Shown here: positions 50,311-62,849 of the stretch, in pieces | How positions within the stretch are numbered: the stretch's first letter is position 1 | Layout: every line of letters begins with the position of its first letter | NCBI RefSeq assembly: GCF_006345805.1 | Contig: NC_043002.1 | Location: forward strand, 3,596,001-3,660,000 | Reading direction: 5' to 3' | DNA: 64,000 nt | From: Octopus sinensis | Taxonomy: Eukaryota | Program-made: the position numbers and the translations under genes | Notes under the pieces: model-generated | What the model saw: the letters and a program-made list of their open reading frames with translations, nothing else | What the model was told of the DNA's origin: nothing | The model's database searches: none

Positions 50311-52800
50311 TTAAATTTGTCAGACCTCTGGAGGTTGAAATCACAAGTAGGAATAACTTGGAGAAAAGGATACATCAACCTAACACCTCCCACAACATTA
50401 AAAATGGTTACAAGTGAGCAGCTACCACCTGATGGAGATGCAAGTTGGGAAATTTGGAAATGAAATAATTGACTGGGAAATAGGATTTAACAGAACCAAG
50501 GTGACATTCAAGAAATGGGAATGCAGATCATTGAAAGACAGCTTGTATGATTCCGGTACAGAGCCACAATGTAAGGGACACCTGTTAAGATAACATCTGA
50601 TGGAAAAACTGTCATTTGTGTTGAGTTTGCAATGATGAAGCAGGGATATATGTTCGCTTTCGGTTGAACAACTTGATAAGAAAAATCAGGAAAGTAAAAT
50701 AAAAGTGGTAATTGTCCCAGGATAAGGAAGAACCGAGGACTCTTGCATTCTTCCGACCCTGCGAGAAATAGCATAGAAATAACCCTGAAATCATATCCTA
50801 CAAAATTATAACAGAAGCATACATTGGATCACATATTCCTGGATAAACTGCCTGAATAGATGGAAGGTTCATGGATGGAATCCCTTTAAACATGGATCTG
50901 TTCATTCACAGATCACCACAATAGCAGCAGCATTAAGGAAATAAAGAATTGACTGACAATTTGCAAGTTTGTTCCAATTCCCATTTTGTTTTGTTTTTTT
51001 TGTACATCCAAGTTTTAAATTTACACACACACACACTGTACAGGCAAGCCTCAATAATAACCACTTGGTACGTTTAAAAAAATCAGGTATCCCCACCACT
51101 ATTGCAGGCTCATGCTTGGTGTCATACAGAGCCCAACTACCGACATATTTATAGAAATGAGGAAATGGGATGTTTTGAGGTTCAAAAATGTTTAATGAGT
51201 TATAATTATAAGATAGAAAAGTATAGAAACCAGTGAATGCTTTTCAGGTTGCTGCGAATTAACGCCTTGTTTATTATTCGGTGCTCACACACGCACACAC
51301 GCTTTAAAAACATTACCTCAAAAATAATAAATGTGTAGACCCATCAAATTATGTCTTAAAAGATATAAAAATCTACAAAAGAATAAGAAACTCAAAGATA
51401 AATACGTTAAACGCCTTATATATATATATATATATTTGGCTTTAATGTTGTATATTGGTATTACATGATGTTTCTTTAAAGAGGTACGGAAATTTCTATT
51501 AAAAAAATATTACTTTAATGATAGTATTCGATAAAAATCTGCAATTAATGCATTAATTTCACTTGTTTAAGATATTAAAATCGACCAGGAACAAAAACTT
51601 ATTAAGGAATACCAAGTTTTGTGATTTTCTTTCTTTTTTTGTTTTTAATTCTAATTAGTATTTATAGAATTGCATCAAAGAAGGAAAGATGGCTTTGTAA
51701 TTTAAATACAACCAGAAAATAATGTAGGTGAATAAATTACTGTGAAATTAAAGGAAAATAAACAGAGGAATATTTCTTAAAAATAGATGAAAAATATTAA
51801 ATCGCGTTTTCGCTATTTTTGGTTAATTAAAAAGATTTAATCAACAAAATCCCGAAGAATCTAAATTAATGAGATAATATTTTGTGAATTAAGGTCTGTG
51901 ACGTTTGCTGGGAGATGTCAGGTGAAAGAAGGCCCCACTCTTCTGTTATGATTCACCATAATAAATAATTTTAGGAAATATAATTTATACTCTTAAATCA
52001 ATGCCATTAAATAACAAAAAATGTTTTAGGAAATCTCTGAGAAGCTTTTTTTATTATTTTTCCGTCGGTTTTTCAAGAACCAAAGATATTTGCGTTAAAG
52101 AAACGGTGTCATGTTTACGAAATCTTGTTTTCGTTTATTGTTAATGTCATTTCTCGCTTTTCATATTACATAATTCTTGTTCCACCACCCACCAAAAAAA
52201 TGTTTACCAAGCAATCCACCTTCATATCGCAATTAATGTGACCAAACAACAAATTTATTAATTAAAACTGAGGACGAAATTAAAATCTAATTAAAATGAA
52301 AATAAATCAAAATAAAACTCATTTCTTTCCCGGAGTAACTTCCCTTTATTCCTCAATTCCGTCCAATCACTAAATCGATGCACTATTTACATATAATTCC
52401 GCACATTTTACTAATATTCCTCTCATGTTATCCTGACAGTGATATATAATTGTTTTTCTGTGCAGCTTAATGTTTTCATTTGAAATAAATATTAACTGTT
52501 TGATGAAATATTTTTTGAAAATTCATCTTTCGAATTGTAATTGAAGAGCAGTTGACAGCAACTGCACTACTTTTCGTCGCGCATTGTGACGGAAGGCGTT
52601 AAATGTAGGGTGTGTGTGTCTATATATATCTATATCTAGAAGCAGCGTGCAAGTAAACGGCAGTCGCCAATGAAAACTGCGAACCGTTTAGACTTTGTTG
52701 GGATGTACAGCTTTAACTTCAATTGCTTTTATTGTAATTTAGAAGTTACTGGCTTTTGGAAAAACGACGAATCATTTGTGATTGACGTAAACGGTTGATA

Positions 52801-53577
52801 ATGGATAAGGAAACGCAAAGCGAGATGAAACACGAAATGCCCATGCAGAATTCCGACGTGGATTTCTCGGAAAACCAAGGTTCCGATCCTGAGAGTGTGG
52901 GTAAACAAATGTCAGATTCTGGTGTACTGCACTGTCGAAATGGGAATCGTAAGAAGAAGCACCGTCGTGGTAAAAGGCATCATCGGAAATGGAAACCTTA
53001 TAACAAGATGACTTGGTCTGAGAGACAAGAGATGGATGAAAGAGAGACACAACGAGCCACACAGAAGCGCGAGGAAGCCTTCGCATCAGGACATCCGCGA
53101 GCTCCTTACAACACAACACAGTTTCTAATGGATGATCACATTAAAAACGAACCGGTGAGGTCGCCTTATATGCAGGAAGAAGTTCGCCACGCGAAAGATC
53201 CTTCCACCAGCTGTGATTCATCGGAGGATTATGAAAGTACAGACGAAGAGAAAAACTTTATTGCTCGGGAATTCTCTGAGACTTACGACAACATCCATGC
53301 CGAACGGTTGCAGAGTATGTCGAAGGAATCCCTGATTAAGGAATACATAGAACTGGAGTCTAAGTTAGAAAGAGCAGAAACAAAACTAAAAGAGAAGGAC
53401 AACTTACACAAAAAACCGAGCGACGGTTCCAATGAACATTATTCTGTGAGTAGCGAAGAAGAGGTGATGGATTGCGAAAAGCGAATTCTTCGGGATGAGT
53501 TGCAGCGATTACTTGCAGAGAATGAACGCCTCAAAGTGGAGAATGAAAAACTCAAGAAATGTTTCACAGTCACCTAA
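52801..53577 (+). CDS. HEXIM: HEXIM family protein (7SK-binding P-TEFb inhibitor), 258 aa, intronless CDS
   Basis: Basic RNA-binding stretch RKKKHRRGKRHHRKWKPY, invariant APYNTTQFLMDDH, acidic region, FSETYDNIHAERLQSMSKESLIKEYIELE and C-terminal coiled coil. The ORF track starts at TTG 52795, but the first ATG (ataATGg, strong context) is 52801. Confidence 0.95.
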   Translation: MDKETQSEMKHEMPMQNSDVDFSENQGSDPESVGKQMSDSGVLHCRNGNRKKKHRRGKRHHRKWKPYNKMTWSERQEMDERETQRATQKREEAFASGHPRAPYNTTQFLMDDHIKNEPVRSPYMQEEVRHAKDPSTSCDSSEDYESTDEEKNFIAREFSETYDNIHAERLQSMSKESLIKEYIELESKLERAETKLKEKDNLHKKPSDGSNEHYSVSSEEEVMDCEKRILRDELQRLLAENERLKVENEKLKKCFTVT

Positions 53578-53720
53578 CTCTGGCCAGAATACACACCAAT
53601 ATATATATATCTGTCTATATATATATTTCTTTCTGTTAAAACTTGCAAGATCCATTCATTAATGTAGGTGTCTGAAGGTTAGTTAGGAAATATGTCTCAG
53701 AAAAACCTGTGCAGTGCATG

Positions 53721-53747
53721 TCTCTCTCTCTTTCTCTCTCTCTCTCT

Positions 53748-53803
<56 letters not shown>

Positions 53804-53810
53804 CCTCTCT
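53721..53810. repeat. (CT)n microsatellite in the probable HEXIM 3' UTR
   Basis: Direct reading, ~145 bp after the stop codon. Confidence 0.9.
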
Positions 53811-56800
53811 CTGTTTTTCTTCCCTTCGCTCTTCTTTCTCTCATTACACACAACTTTATTTTCTTTTAATTACCCTGTCCATATACACAAAACACTCATG
53901 TATATACATACATATACACACTCACTACTACTATTTCCTGATCATTGAACACTCAAATCCACTCCCCCCCCGTTTTATTTTATTTTTTTAAACAAAACAA
54001 ATGTTATTTTCAGTTGGTAACCATGGCATTCCAGATTAACAATTATTTCAGTTAAAAAATCGAACCGTGCCACTAATTAATTTGTTAATGTTGATACAAT
54101 AAGTTGGGCTTTTGTATATTTTTGCATCGGATTCTTTCATTTAGAAGAAGAAAACAAGAAATAACAGACAAAACCAAAATCGATTGCTTTTTCGTTACCA
54201 TTTCTATCAAATCAGACATAAACAAATCATTTAAGGTTGAGATCGATTTCAAGAGAAGGCAGTGAGGGGCATATGTCATTAATTATCAGGTTTTAATTAA
54301 CTTCTTATAGTTTCTCTCTCTCTCTCTCTCTCTCTCCCCACATGTCATCTATTTTTTTTTTTCTGTTTTCTCTCATCGACAACTAATATTTCAATAACAA
54401 TCATGCAACACATGTAAACAAATCATTTGTGAATATTTTTATTCCATATCAATTTTGTGTAACCAATTTTTTTTTTTCTTAAAAAAAAAAAAAATCAATT
54501 CTGTAATCTTTCACTTTGGTTATTTATGCTAAGAATAATTAGCGATTCATTATAATTTTACCATTTCAAAACCACTTGTGACGCTTATTTGAATCAATAA
54601 TAATGTTAAGTGTCTGTTCATTTTGTTTTTCTTTAATTATTTATACGAAGCAAAAAAAAAACAAAACAAAAAAAAAAGAAAGAAAGAAAGAAACAACTTG
54701 CAATTTTGTCTTAATTAATTGGCCGAGCAGTTTAGGAGTGGATGGATATCGAACCCGTTTTGTTTTGGTTTTCGCTCCGACTGCAGCTGCTTCTGTCTAA
54801 TTCTGGATAGCAATTAATAATAATGATAATAATTAACAACACGTGCCCAATTATTATTGCATCTCAACCAAACTTTCATTGTTCAACATTAGCTAATTAA
54901 GACAATTTCTTTTTAGCTCTTCACAACATTTCAACCCAACTAAAACTGTTTCAATATAAATTATTTATAATAAATAACTTTTGACATTTTAGGAAATATT
55001 TGGGTTTCGATCAGTCAATGTTTATTCATTTTCAATAAAGTTTTACACATGAAATGATCAACCTGTTACTGTTTGCGGGGAAAACAACTATTAGTAATTA
55101 ATTAATTAATTAGGATGTTTGGCTCTAACCCCTCCCCCTTTTGTTTTTGTTGGAAGTTCTTGTATTTTAAATCTTCTCTCAAACTTTTTTCCTCCCTAAT
55201 GAGCCAATAACTCTCGAAACATTCGTTGTTGAGGGGGGTTTTTTGTTTTGTTTTAGGAGTATTTTAGCAGAATTAGTTATTAATAAGAGTCCCTAGTAAA
55301 TACTACTAGGTATCTGTGCTTTTGATTTCAAACTAAATCTTACAAACTTAATGTTGATGTGTGAAAGAGATCAAGAGACAACAACAAAACTGCCAACTTG
55401 TCAGTTTGTTACCAAATCCACCTCCTCCTCCTCCATATGACCACCACCACCAATCCAACAGATGTTAACAAGATCGCAAGAATGAGAGAGAGAAACTGAG
55501 TTTTGTTTATTCCCACTAGTTATTATGAGTGTTACAATAATAATAATAATATCGGTACCCAACAGTTCTTAACTCGTAGGAGGCCCCATGTTTTCTGTTA
55601 TTGGCGCTATTTGCAAACATCTTGTCTTACAGAATGGAACTTTGATTATCATCGACTTGTCAATTCTGCAAGTACCTTCAACAAACAAACACTTCAGATC
55701 ATTTCTTGTTGGGGTTCGAACTGTTATCCACGCCAATCTTAGTTGACATTTTTATCTCCTACCTCTTCTTAGAATCCTGCACTCTTTTCGCAAGGACAAC
55801 TCATCTCCTTCCCACTTTTTTTTTTTTTTTTTCCTTTTTGTAAATATATATTCCAATGTTTTCATTGTTTTTTTTTTAAGCAAGGTAAAAAAAACAACCG
55901 CAACTCATTGTTCCAAAACCGTTTACACAATAAAGACTTTCTAAATTGTTAAATGACATGTCGAAGAAACTCACCAACGTGGTGCTTTCTTGATTTTGTT
56001 TTTCTTTTATTTATTCCTATTTTTATTTTATTTTTTTATTTTATAGAGAAAAAAAAATGAAAAGAGAACTTTGGCACAGCATGCATATAGACTCTCTAGC
56101 TTTTCATTTTGAAAATAAGAATTCATCTAATAAATTTCATATTCCATTTGTCTCAGACTTTTTTCTATTTCATTTTTGCCATTAAACAGAGAGGCACAGC
56201 AGAAAAATAGCTTCTATTAAGACCTTAACTTTAGTTAAATTGACCAAACCACATTGCTTTTAAACTTACATTCCGACTTTTAAATGGAGTTTGCTGTTTG
56301 ATATAATTTTTTGCCTGTAGTAAATTCAAAGTTATCGTCTTTTATACCAAAAGTGCCTTCCAAAGTAATTAACCTTAAAATTGATATCATCATCATCATC
56401 ATCATAGCATTGCTTTTAATACTTAGTTGAGTTTGCAATGGTGCATCTTCCCTTGTTATTCTTCCTGTGTCAACTCATTTTTGAGGTCCAATATTCGGAC
56501 ATGGCTTCATCACCACCACAAGTACCATCACATCATCAAGTTTCTCTCCTAACCAAAATATCCTTTAACTGCCCAATGGTTTTGTCAGTATCCTATATCG
56601 GTGCCGCTTACATCCAGTTGATCATATTGGGCTCTTTCCTGTTCAATTACAACTGCTGCCCTTCTGCCAAAACCTTATAACAACACATTTACACACCTTT
56701 TCACAATGAACAGAGAGAAATCCTTTGTTGCCATTTAAAGTTAGAAAATCTTCCACTTTGATGATATCTCACAACTTTAACTCTTTCTTTGTAATTTCTT

Positions 56801-59800
56801 GAAAGCTGTTGGGATTTTTTAAAAACTTGCCCAAGCTCTGTTGTAGATCTGCATAAATATATTTCCTCACATCCTTAACTCTTTGGATCAAGTATGCGGA
56901 GATATTGAGTTCTACGCTGTAATTCTTACCGCCCATAATACACCCCTTAACTCTTGGCCGATGTGCTTTCAGCCCTTAGATGCTCTGAACTACTCAATAA
57001 CTGTTTATCTGCCCTTCTCATTGCTGTGTATAAACCGTGTCTGAAATCAAGTTGTATCTTCAGTTCAGATTTCTTCTGTTTTGAACTCGTTTTATCACAT
57101 CCATCCTTTCAATCCATCAACCTCTGCTGCTTTCTCTAGTGTTTTCCTTTACTCTTGACCGTAAGGTGCTCTCAGTCTTGGTGGCTGGGGAACGCTTGTA
57201 TATTTTAGCTGAGATATTTTATATTCTTACCAACTTTCTCAAGACATCTACTTCTGTTATTTCAATTCTTTAATGTGTGACTCCTCTGAGGAATTTTTTT
57301 TTTACCTTTGACACAGCTGCTCACAGTCACATGGCTAAGACAGTCCTCTGTGTACTTTCAGCTGAGGTATTTTACATTCTCACTAGCTTTACAAGATCTG
57401 CCACTTCCAATCATTAACATAAAGCTCCTCTCTAGGGTTTAACCCTTACCCATATCTGATATAGATTCTGCTACACCAGTCATTTGTAGAATTTGAAGTG
57501 TTAAGACAGTCGTTTATTAGAGTTCTTTATATTTCCATGCTTTCTTTCTCTTCTCATCACTTCAAGTGGCCCTTCTTTTCCATTTATGCAACAAAATCTT
57601 ATGTTACTTCAGACAATCCAATAATATTTTCTCTTTTATCCTGCATAAAATATTGAGTTTTTCCATATTTTGTTGTCAATCCTTTAACCCATCTCCGCAC
57701 CATGGCTGAGCAGGGCCTTGACCCACCTGTCCACCTAGATATCTGGTTTACATTCTGTTGTCTCATAACAATAATTAGCTGCCCTATACACTCAATTATC
57801 TTTTTCACTTTAAAGTCATATACTGTGCTGTGATCAACTCTTATCCTCTGCTAACTTTCATCTATCTGCTGTTGTAGCTTTTGACCGAAACTCATTATTC
57901 TAGGTTTCAAAAATAATAATAATAATAATAATGAAATTATTGTGTATAGTGCTCGGGTGCACTACAATATAATGTACGTCTTTCTTCAGTAGAATTTGTG
58001 CGTTTCTGTTGCAGGTCAATGTAAACTCAATTTAGCCCTTAGACCAACCAGTAGATAATTACTGGGCTTTCTTCTTGAAATTCCTTGTAGATATATTTCT
58101 TCACATCACAATCTGAGAGTTCATCTCTTCATTCTGTTCAAATCCTCTGCTAAAGTGCGTGTGTGTGCATATATATTTATGCATATGGACATAATCATTT
58201 TTTAAGGTAGTTTAATTTTTTTACAGTGTTCTTTGAAATCCAGTTCTCACCTTTTAGTTCCAAATGTATGTAGAAAGAGTGATGATGATTTAAAAAAAAA
58301 CTTATTGCCCCCTTTTCTGATATTGAGTACTCCTTTGGTTCATTGAGTGCAATTTAAAATCATAAATTTCTTGTATTGGTCATCTTTATGTCCATTTCTC
58401 ATACGGTCAGGGGTTGGATGGGGAGACTCATCATGGTCGATTTGAAGTGACTGCCCTTGTGGACAGGTCTTAGAGGACCATTTCATCCACATCTTAGTTC
58501 TCTACATAGTTTCAGCAGCTGAGATGCCCATCATAAGCTCAGCTATGTTACCCACATTGAACTGGGTGCATTTTGTCAAAAGCCTCAACATTGGGGAGCT
58601 TATCGTGCCCTCCACACGGCTGGAGAATCTTGTTAACCATGTAACCTTTGGGTCACTAACCACTGTACAGAGTTTACTGGGAGCATTTTATCAAACCACC
58701 ACCAGTGAGGTCATCTTGTACCTTGTAAGACAAAAGGCCACATGCACACATACCTTGTGTGTGCATATTTATAAATGTATGCAGGCGTAATGTGTGTGCA
58801 CATTATTATGATATATATATATAAAATATTGTATCTACATTAATATTCAGTTGTCGATGTTTTATGTATATATTGTTGGCTGTTGTCCAAATATTTCAAT
58901 CTCCCTTATTAATCTCTCATTAAAAGAGAAATTATGACCACCTCCAAATAAAGATTTTTAAAAAATCAATTGTTTTATGTATTAAACATCCAAATAGAAC
59001 TTTGTGTAGTTTTCAATGATGAAAGGGTCGGACAGTTGTGTCTAATTTAGACATTTGTTGATGGCATGCTGTTAGTGACAGAATACTTTCCCCTATCACA
59101 CTTTGTGGTGATGGAGAGTTACTACCTCCTTGCCAGGGAGATAAACTGACAAAACAGAAATGCTTTTCAGTCCCTCACTCCTCACATATTTCCAGCTTCT
59201 TAATTGTCGCACCTTCCTTCGTTAGAATTTATATTAAAATGAAACCTATTTGGTTAGGTATTCTGCAGAAGTTTTTAAAAGCAGGAATAAATTCTATTCT
59301 ATGATATTTCAAACAATTTGTTTGATAGATTTTTTGATTGGATTTCTCTTTTAACAAGAGCAACATGAATTCATTTCTCGTATGCCATGACCCTCGTTAT
59401 CATTATTTCATTCATTTAATCAAATCTGATGCCAGTGATTAAAGCATTACCGTTCAGTAATTTGGAGTTTTAATTTTAACATTTTGTAATTATAGACTTT
59501 TTAAAAAATAAGTTATAACTATATCAAACAGTTTAGATTATTTGTTGTTTTAAAATGTCTGGATGTGGTTTGCTAACCATCCCCATGTGTTTTGCTAAGA
59601 TAATTCTCTGACAACTCAATAATATCCTAAAAGATTTTTATTTATCAGAAATATCAAGTGAACTTTTTTTTTTGTCAGGTTATAGTTTTATTAACATTTA
59701 GGAAACTTTTCTAAAACAAGAAGGGCTTTTCACTTTGAATTATGCAAGCAGATTGTTTAACTTGAAATAAAAGAAGCAGATGTCTATATATTATTGAATT

Positions 59801-61501
59801 CAGTTTATTTAGCAAAACTTTATTTTTTAAACTGAAGATGTGGATGAGGAAAATTTTGGTTTTGATTTAAAAGAAGTGATGTTGGATTTTGGTTTAGGAT
59901 TAAGTTGGATATCTGTTAAAGATTTTAAAATCGGTTTTAGAAGAAAAACATCAGTTTAGGCTGAAGTGTTTGAGGAAGTAATGCGATGGGTTTGTTTAAT
60001 TTGACATTGTTAGAAAGATCAATAAGCACAATAAACTATTTTGCTAGAGAAAAGCTTTACACTCTCAGCCATATGTGAATCGTTTATTCAACAACTTGTG
60101 TGCTTCATTGGTTTAGGTCTGTTGTAAGATGTAGGACAGTTCATTCATCAAAGTTGATCAGTAAAAGCTATTTTCTGGTGGTGGTGGTGGTGGTGGTGGT
60201 TCATTCATTGATAAATATTTTTGACAAAGATTAAACAGCTGACTTGATTACACAAGTTCATTGCTCTGTGTTGATAGTATATATTTATATAGGGCTAGAT
60301 TGTGTGTGTGTGTATGTATATATTTATATTGTGTATGTATATATATAGATATATATATACATATACATACTCTGTGTGTGTATATACATATAGATAATTT
60401 TCTTAGTAAGTTGGTCAGTAAGTTAGTCTTCATTTCAACAATTTTCCACGAATGTAATTTTTCTTAGTTTCCTACTGGCACTAACATTGTTAATTAGCTG
60501 CTCGTTAAAGGCATACCGATCAATAAAACTAAAGCATATGAACTTACTCTACAATATTAACCCATGCACACACACACACTAGAGTGTTACTTGTGACATG
60601 ACGGGTAACGTTGGAAGTATATTTTACCACCCTGGGGCAATATCAGGAAATGGGGCAGACAACATTTATAACTTCCCTTTTTATCAATAATTTCTTAAAA
60701 CTACAAAATGCCAAAAAAATATTTATTACATTAAATAAAACAAATTTACTAATTATATAACCTGATGTCATTTACTCTCTTCTCCCTCCTCCTTCTCTTC
60801 AATGATTCTTTCTCAGTCTATGTACTCTTTTACTCATTGCCTATCACCAAGCCTAGCATCTGCACTCATCCTGCACCTTCTATGTTTCTCTGTTTCTCTC
60901 TTTACTTTCTGTCCCTGTCTCTGTTTGATGTGAAGTGTGACAGAAGAAATCAAACCAACTTTTGTATCAACTATTATCAGATATACAGGGGTGTGTGTGT
61001 ATGTGTGCATGTGCACGTGTGTGTGTGTGTATTAATAGTTTATACGATGCTTCAATGCATTGATGTTTTCTTTTATTGATAACATTCGTTAAACTCTAGC
61101 TGTAATGTACACATTCCCTAATTCAGACCTTCTCAAATATTATAGAATTGTCCATAGGCTGTGAGAAGGTGTCAAAAAAAAAAACATGATTTAATCTTCA
61201 AACTCACCTGTGATTAAATTGTTTTACCTTCAATGTTTTTTCTCTATTCCTTTCTTACTTATCTTATCTTTTATTATTCCAGATTGAGGAAACTGGTGGA
61301 ACCTAAAGAAAATGGTACCAATGACCTGCCATTAGAGAAACAATGGGTTTTGGTAAATGGCTCCTTCACCATAGAATGGTACCATTCTTTAAATCTACAT
61401 TACAAACTGATTTGTTGATCTTTTTCATATTTGAAAAATGATGGGGTTTAATTAGCGTTAATAGATGGGGTTTAATTAGCATTAATAATTTATTATTTGG
61501 G

Positions 61502-61712
61502 TGGTAAGTTGGCAGAATCATCTGCACCACTAGGCAAAATGCTTAGCGGAATTTTGTCTGTCTCTGTTCTGAGTTCAAATCTCACCACAGTTGACTTTGC
61601 CTTTCATCCTTTCAGCGTGGTCAGTGTACTGCAGTCAATGTAACTGGCTTACCTCCTCCCCTCCCCCCACAAAAAAGTTGCTGGCCTTGTGCCAACATTT
61701 GAAACCATTATT
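61502..61712 (+). mobile_element. Family B' SINE, diverged
   Basis: gtaagttggcagaatca..aaatgcttagcgg..ctgagttcaaat..gactttgcctttcatcctttc..ggccttgtgcc. Confidence 0.7.
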
Positions 61713-62119
61713 ATCTCCCCAGTTTTTCTGTTTGCATTTTATAAGATCCGATTGGAACAGGTTTGCTGTGATGATGCGGATGTAGGTTGTGCAATTGGTT
61801 GCTGACCCATTTCAGGGGAAAATAATTGGTATTGAATTGATAATCAATTCATAGATTATTGTGACATTGATACTTGGTTGTGAACTGTTCTCGTGGTTCA
61901 GTAATTAGTCCTTATATGTTTATTATAAACCATGTTGTTGTTAATTAACTACTTACATAAACATTTGATTCTTTATCAAACTACAGAACTACACGGAGGG
62001 CATTACACGAACACAGACAGTTATTTGAGCAATGTTGCAATCCCAACATTGGGGAAATGTATTCTTCAACAGTCTCAGGCTTTCCAAATTCAAATGGGTG
62101 ATGCCATGTATAAAGCACC

Positions 62120-62310
62120 CATGATGGTGCCATCCAAGAAGTACTCAATACACTCTGTAAAGTGGTTGTCATTCGGAAGGGTCTGCAGCTGTAGAAATTA
62201 TGCCAACTCCTAGACAAGTGGAGCCACCTGGTGCAGTTCTTTGGCTTGCCAACTCCTGTCAAACCATCCAACCCATGCCAGCATGGAAAACGGATTTTTA
62301 ATGATGATGG
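62120..62310 (+). mobile_element. RTE 3'-end fragment (family C), diverged
   Basis: ggaagggtctgcagctgtagaaa..caacccatgccagcatggaaaacggattttaatgatgatg. Confidence 0.65.
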
Positions 62311-62626
62311 GAGGAAGGTTGAATGTGCCACCCAGATTTCTCACCACTACCCTGCTCTTAGGTGCCTTTATTGGGCTCCTCTCTTTTACAAACATTTGAG
62401 CCCAATTCCTCCAGTCTAAGAACAGCTTCTTCCCTTCCTGTCATCAGTAACAGAAGTCTTGAAATGGTTATGGCTGCTCCACTTTCTCTGATTAAAGTAT
62501 TTCAAATATAACTTAGCTAAAGTTCCACTCTGCAACCATTGTAGATACTGATGATTCTGAAGTCATGAAGTCTTCATTGATGACTTAATTATTCTTCCGA
62601 AACTAAGAACTCAAATTTATCTTTAA

Positions 62627-62849
62627 CCCTTTTCATATCAACACCTCCAAGACTGAATCCTGTTCTATGACAAATTTTATATTTTTTAAATTATCTAAAT
62701 TTAGAAAAAAAAAAAAAAAAAAACAATCTTCCATCAAAATTCTAAGTTAATTTATTTCCCAAATACTAGATAAATAAGGACATTCAATATTTTCTAAATT
62801 AATTAAAAGACAATCAGTGTTGTTCAACAAGGAAATGGTAGCAAAAGAG
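62627..62849. mobile_element. piggyBac-type MITE related to 50090-50310, opposite orientation, diverged
   Basis: ttaa-cccttttcatatc left end; aatcttccatcaaa and caacaaggaaatggtagcaaaagag are similar to the reverse complement of the 50090 copy. Confidence 0.5.

Noticed and set aside
52795-52800. TTG start for HEXIM given by the ORF track
   Set aside because: Eukaryotic gene; an in-frame ATG in strong Kozak context lies two codons later.
54969-55934. HEXIM polyadenylation site (AATAAA at 54969, 55034, 55929)
   Set aside because: Several hexamers in very AT-rich sequence; cannot choose among them without transcript data.
56450-57400. Possible old LINE ORF relic on the minus strand
   Set aside because: Purine-rich and coding-like, but I could not find a diagnostic RT or endonuclease motif, so it is left unannotated.
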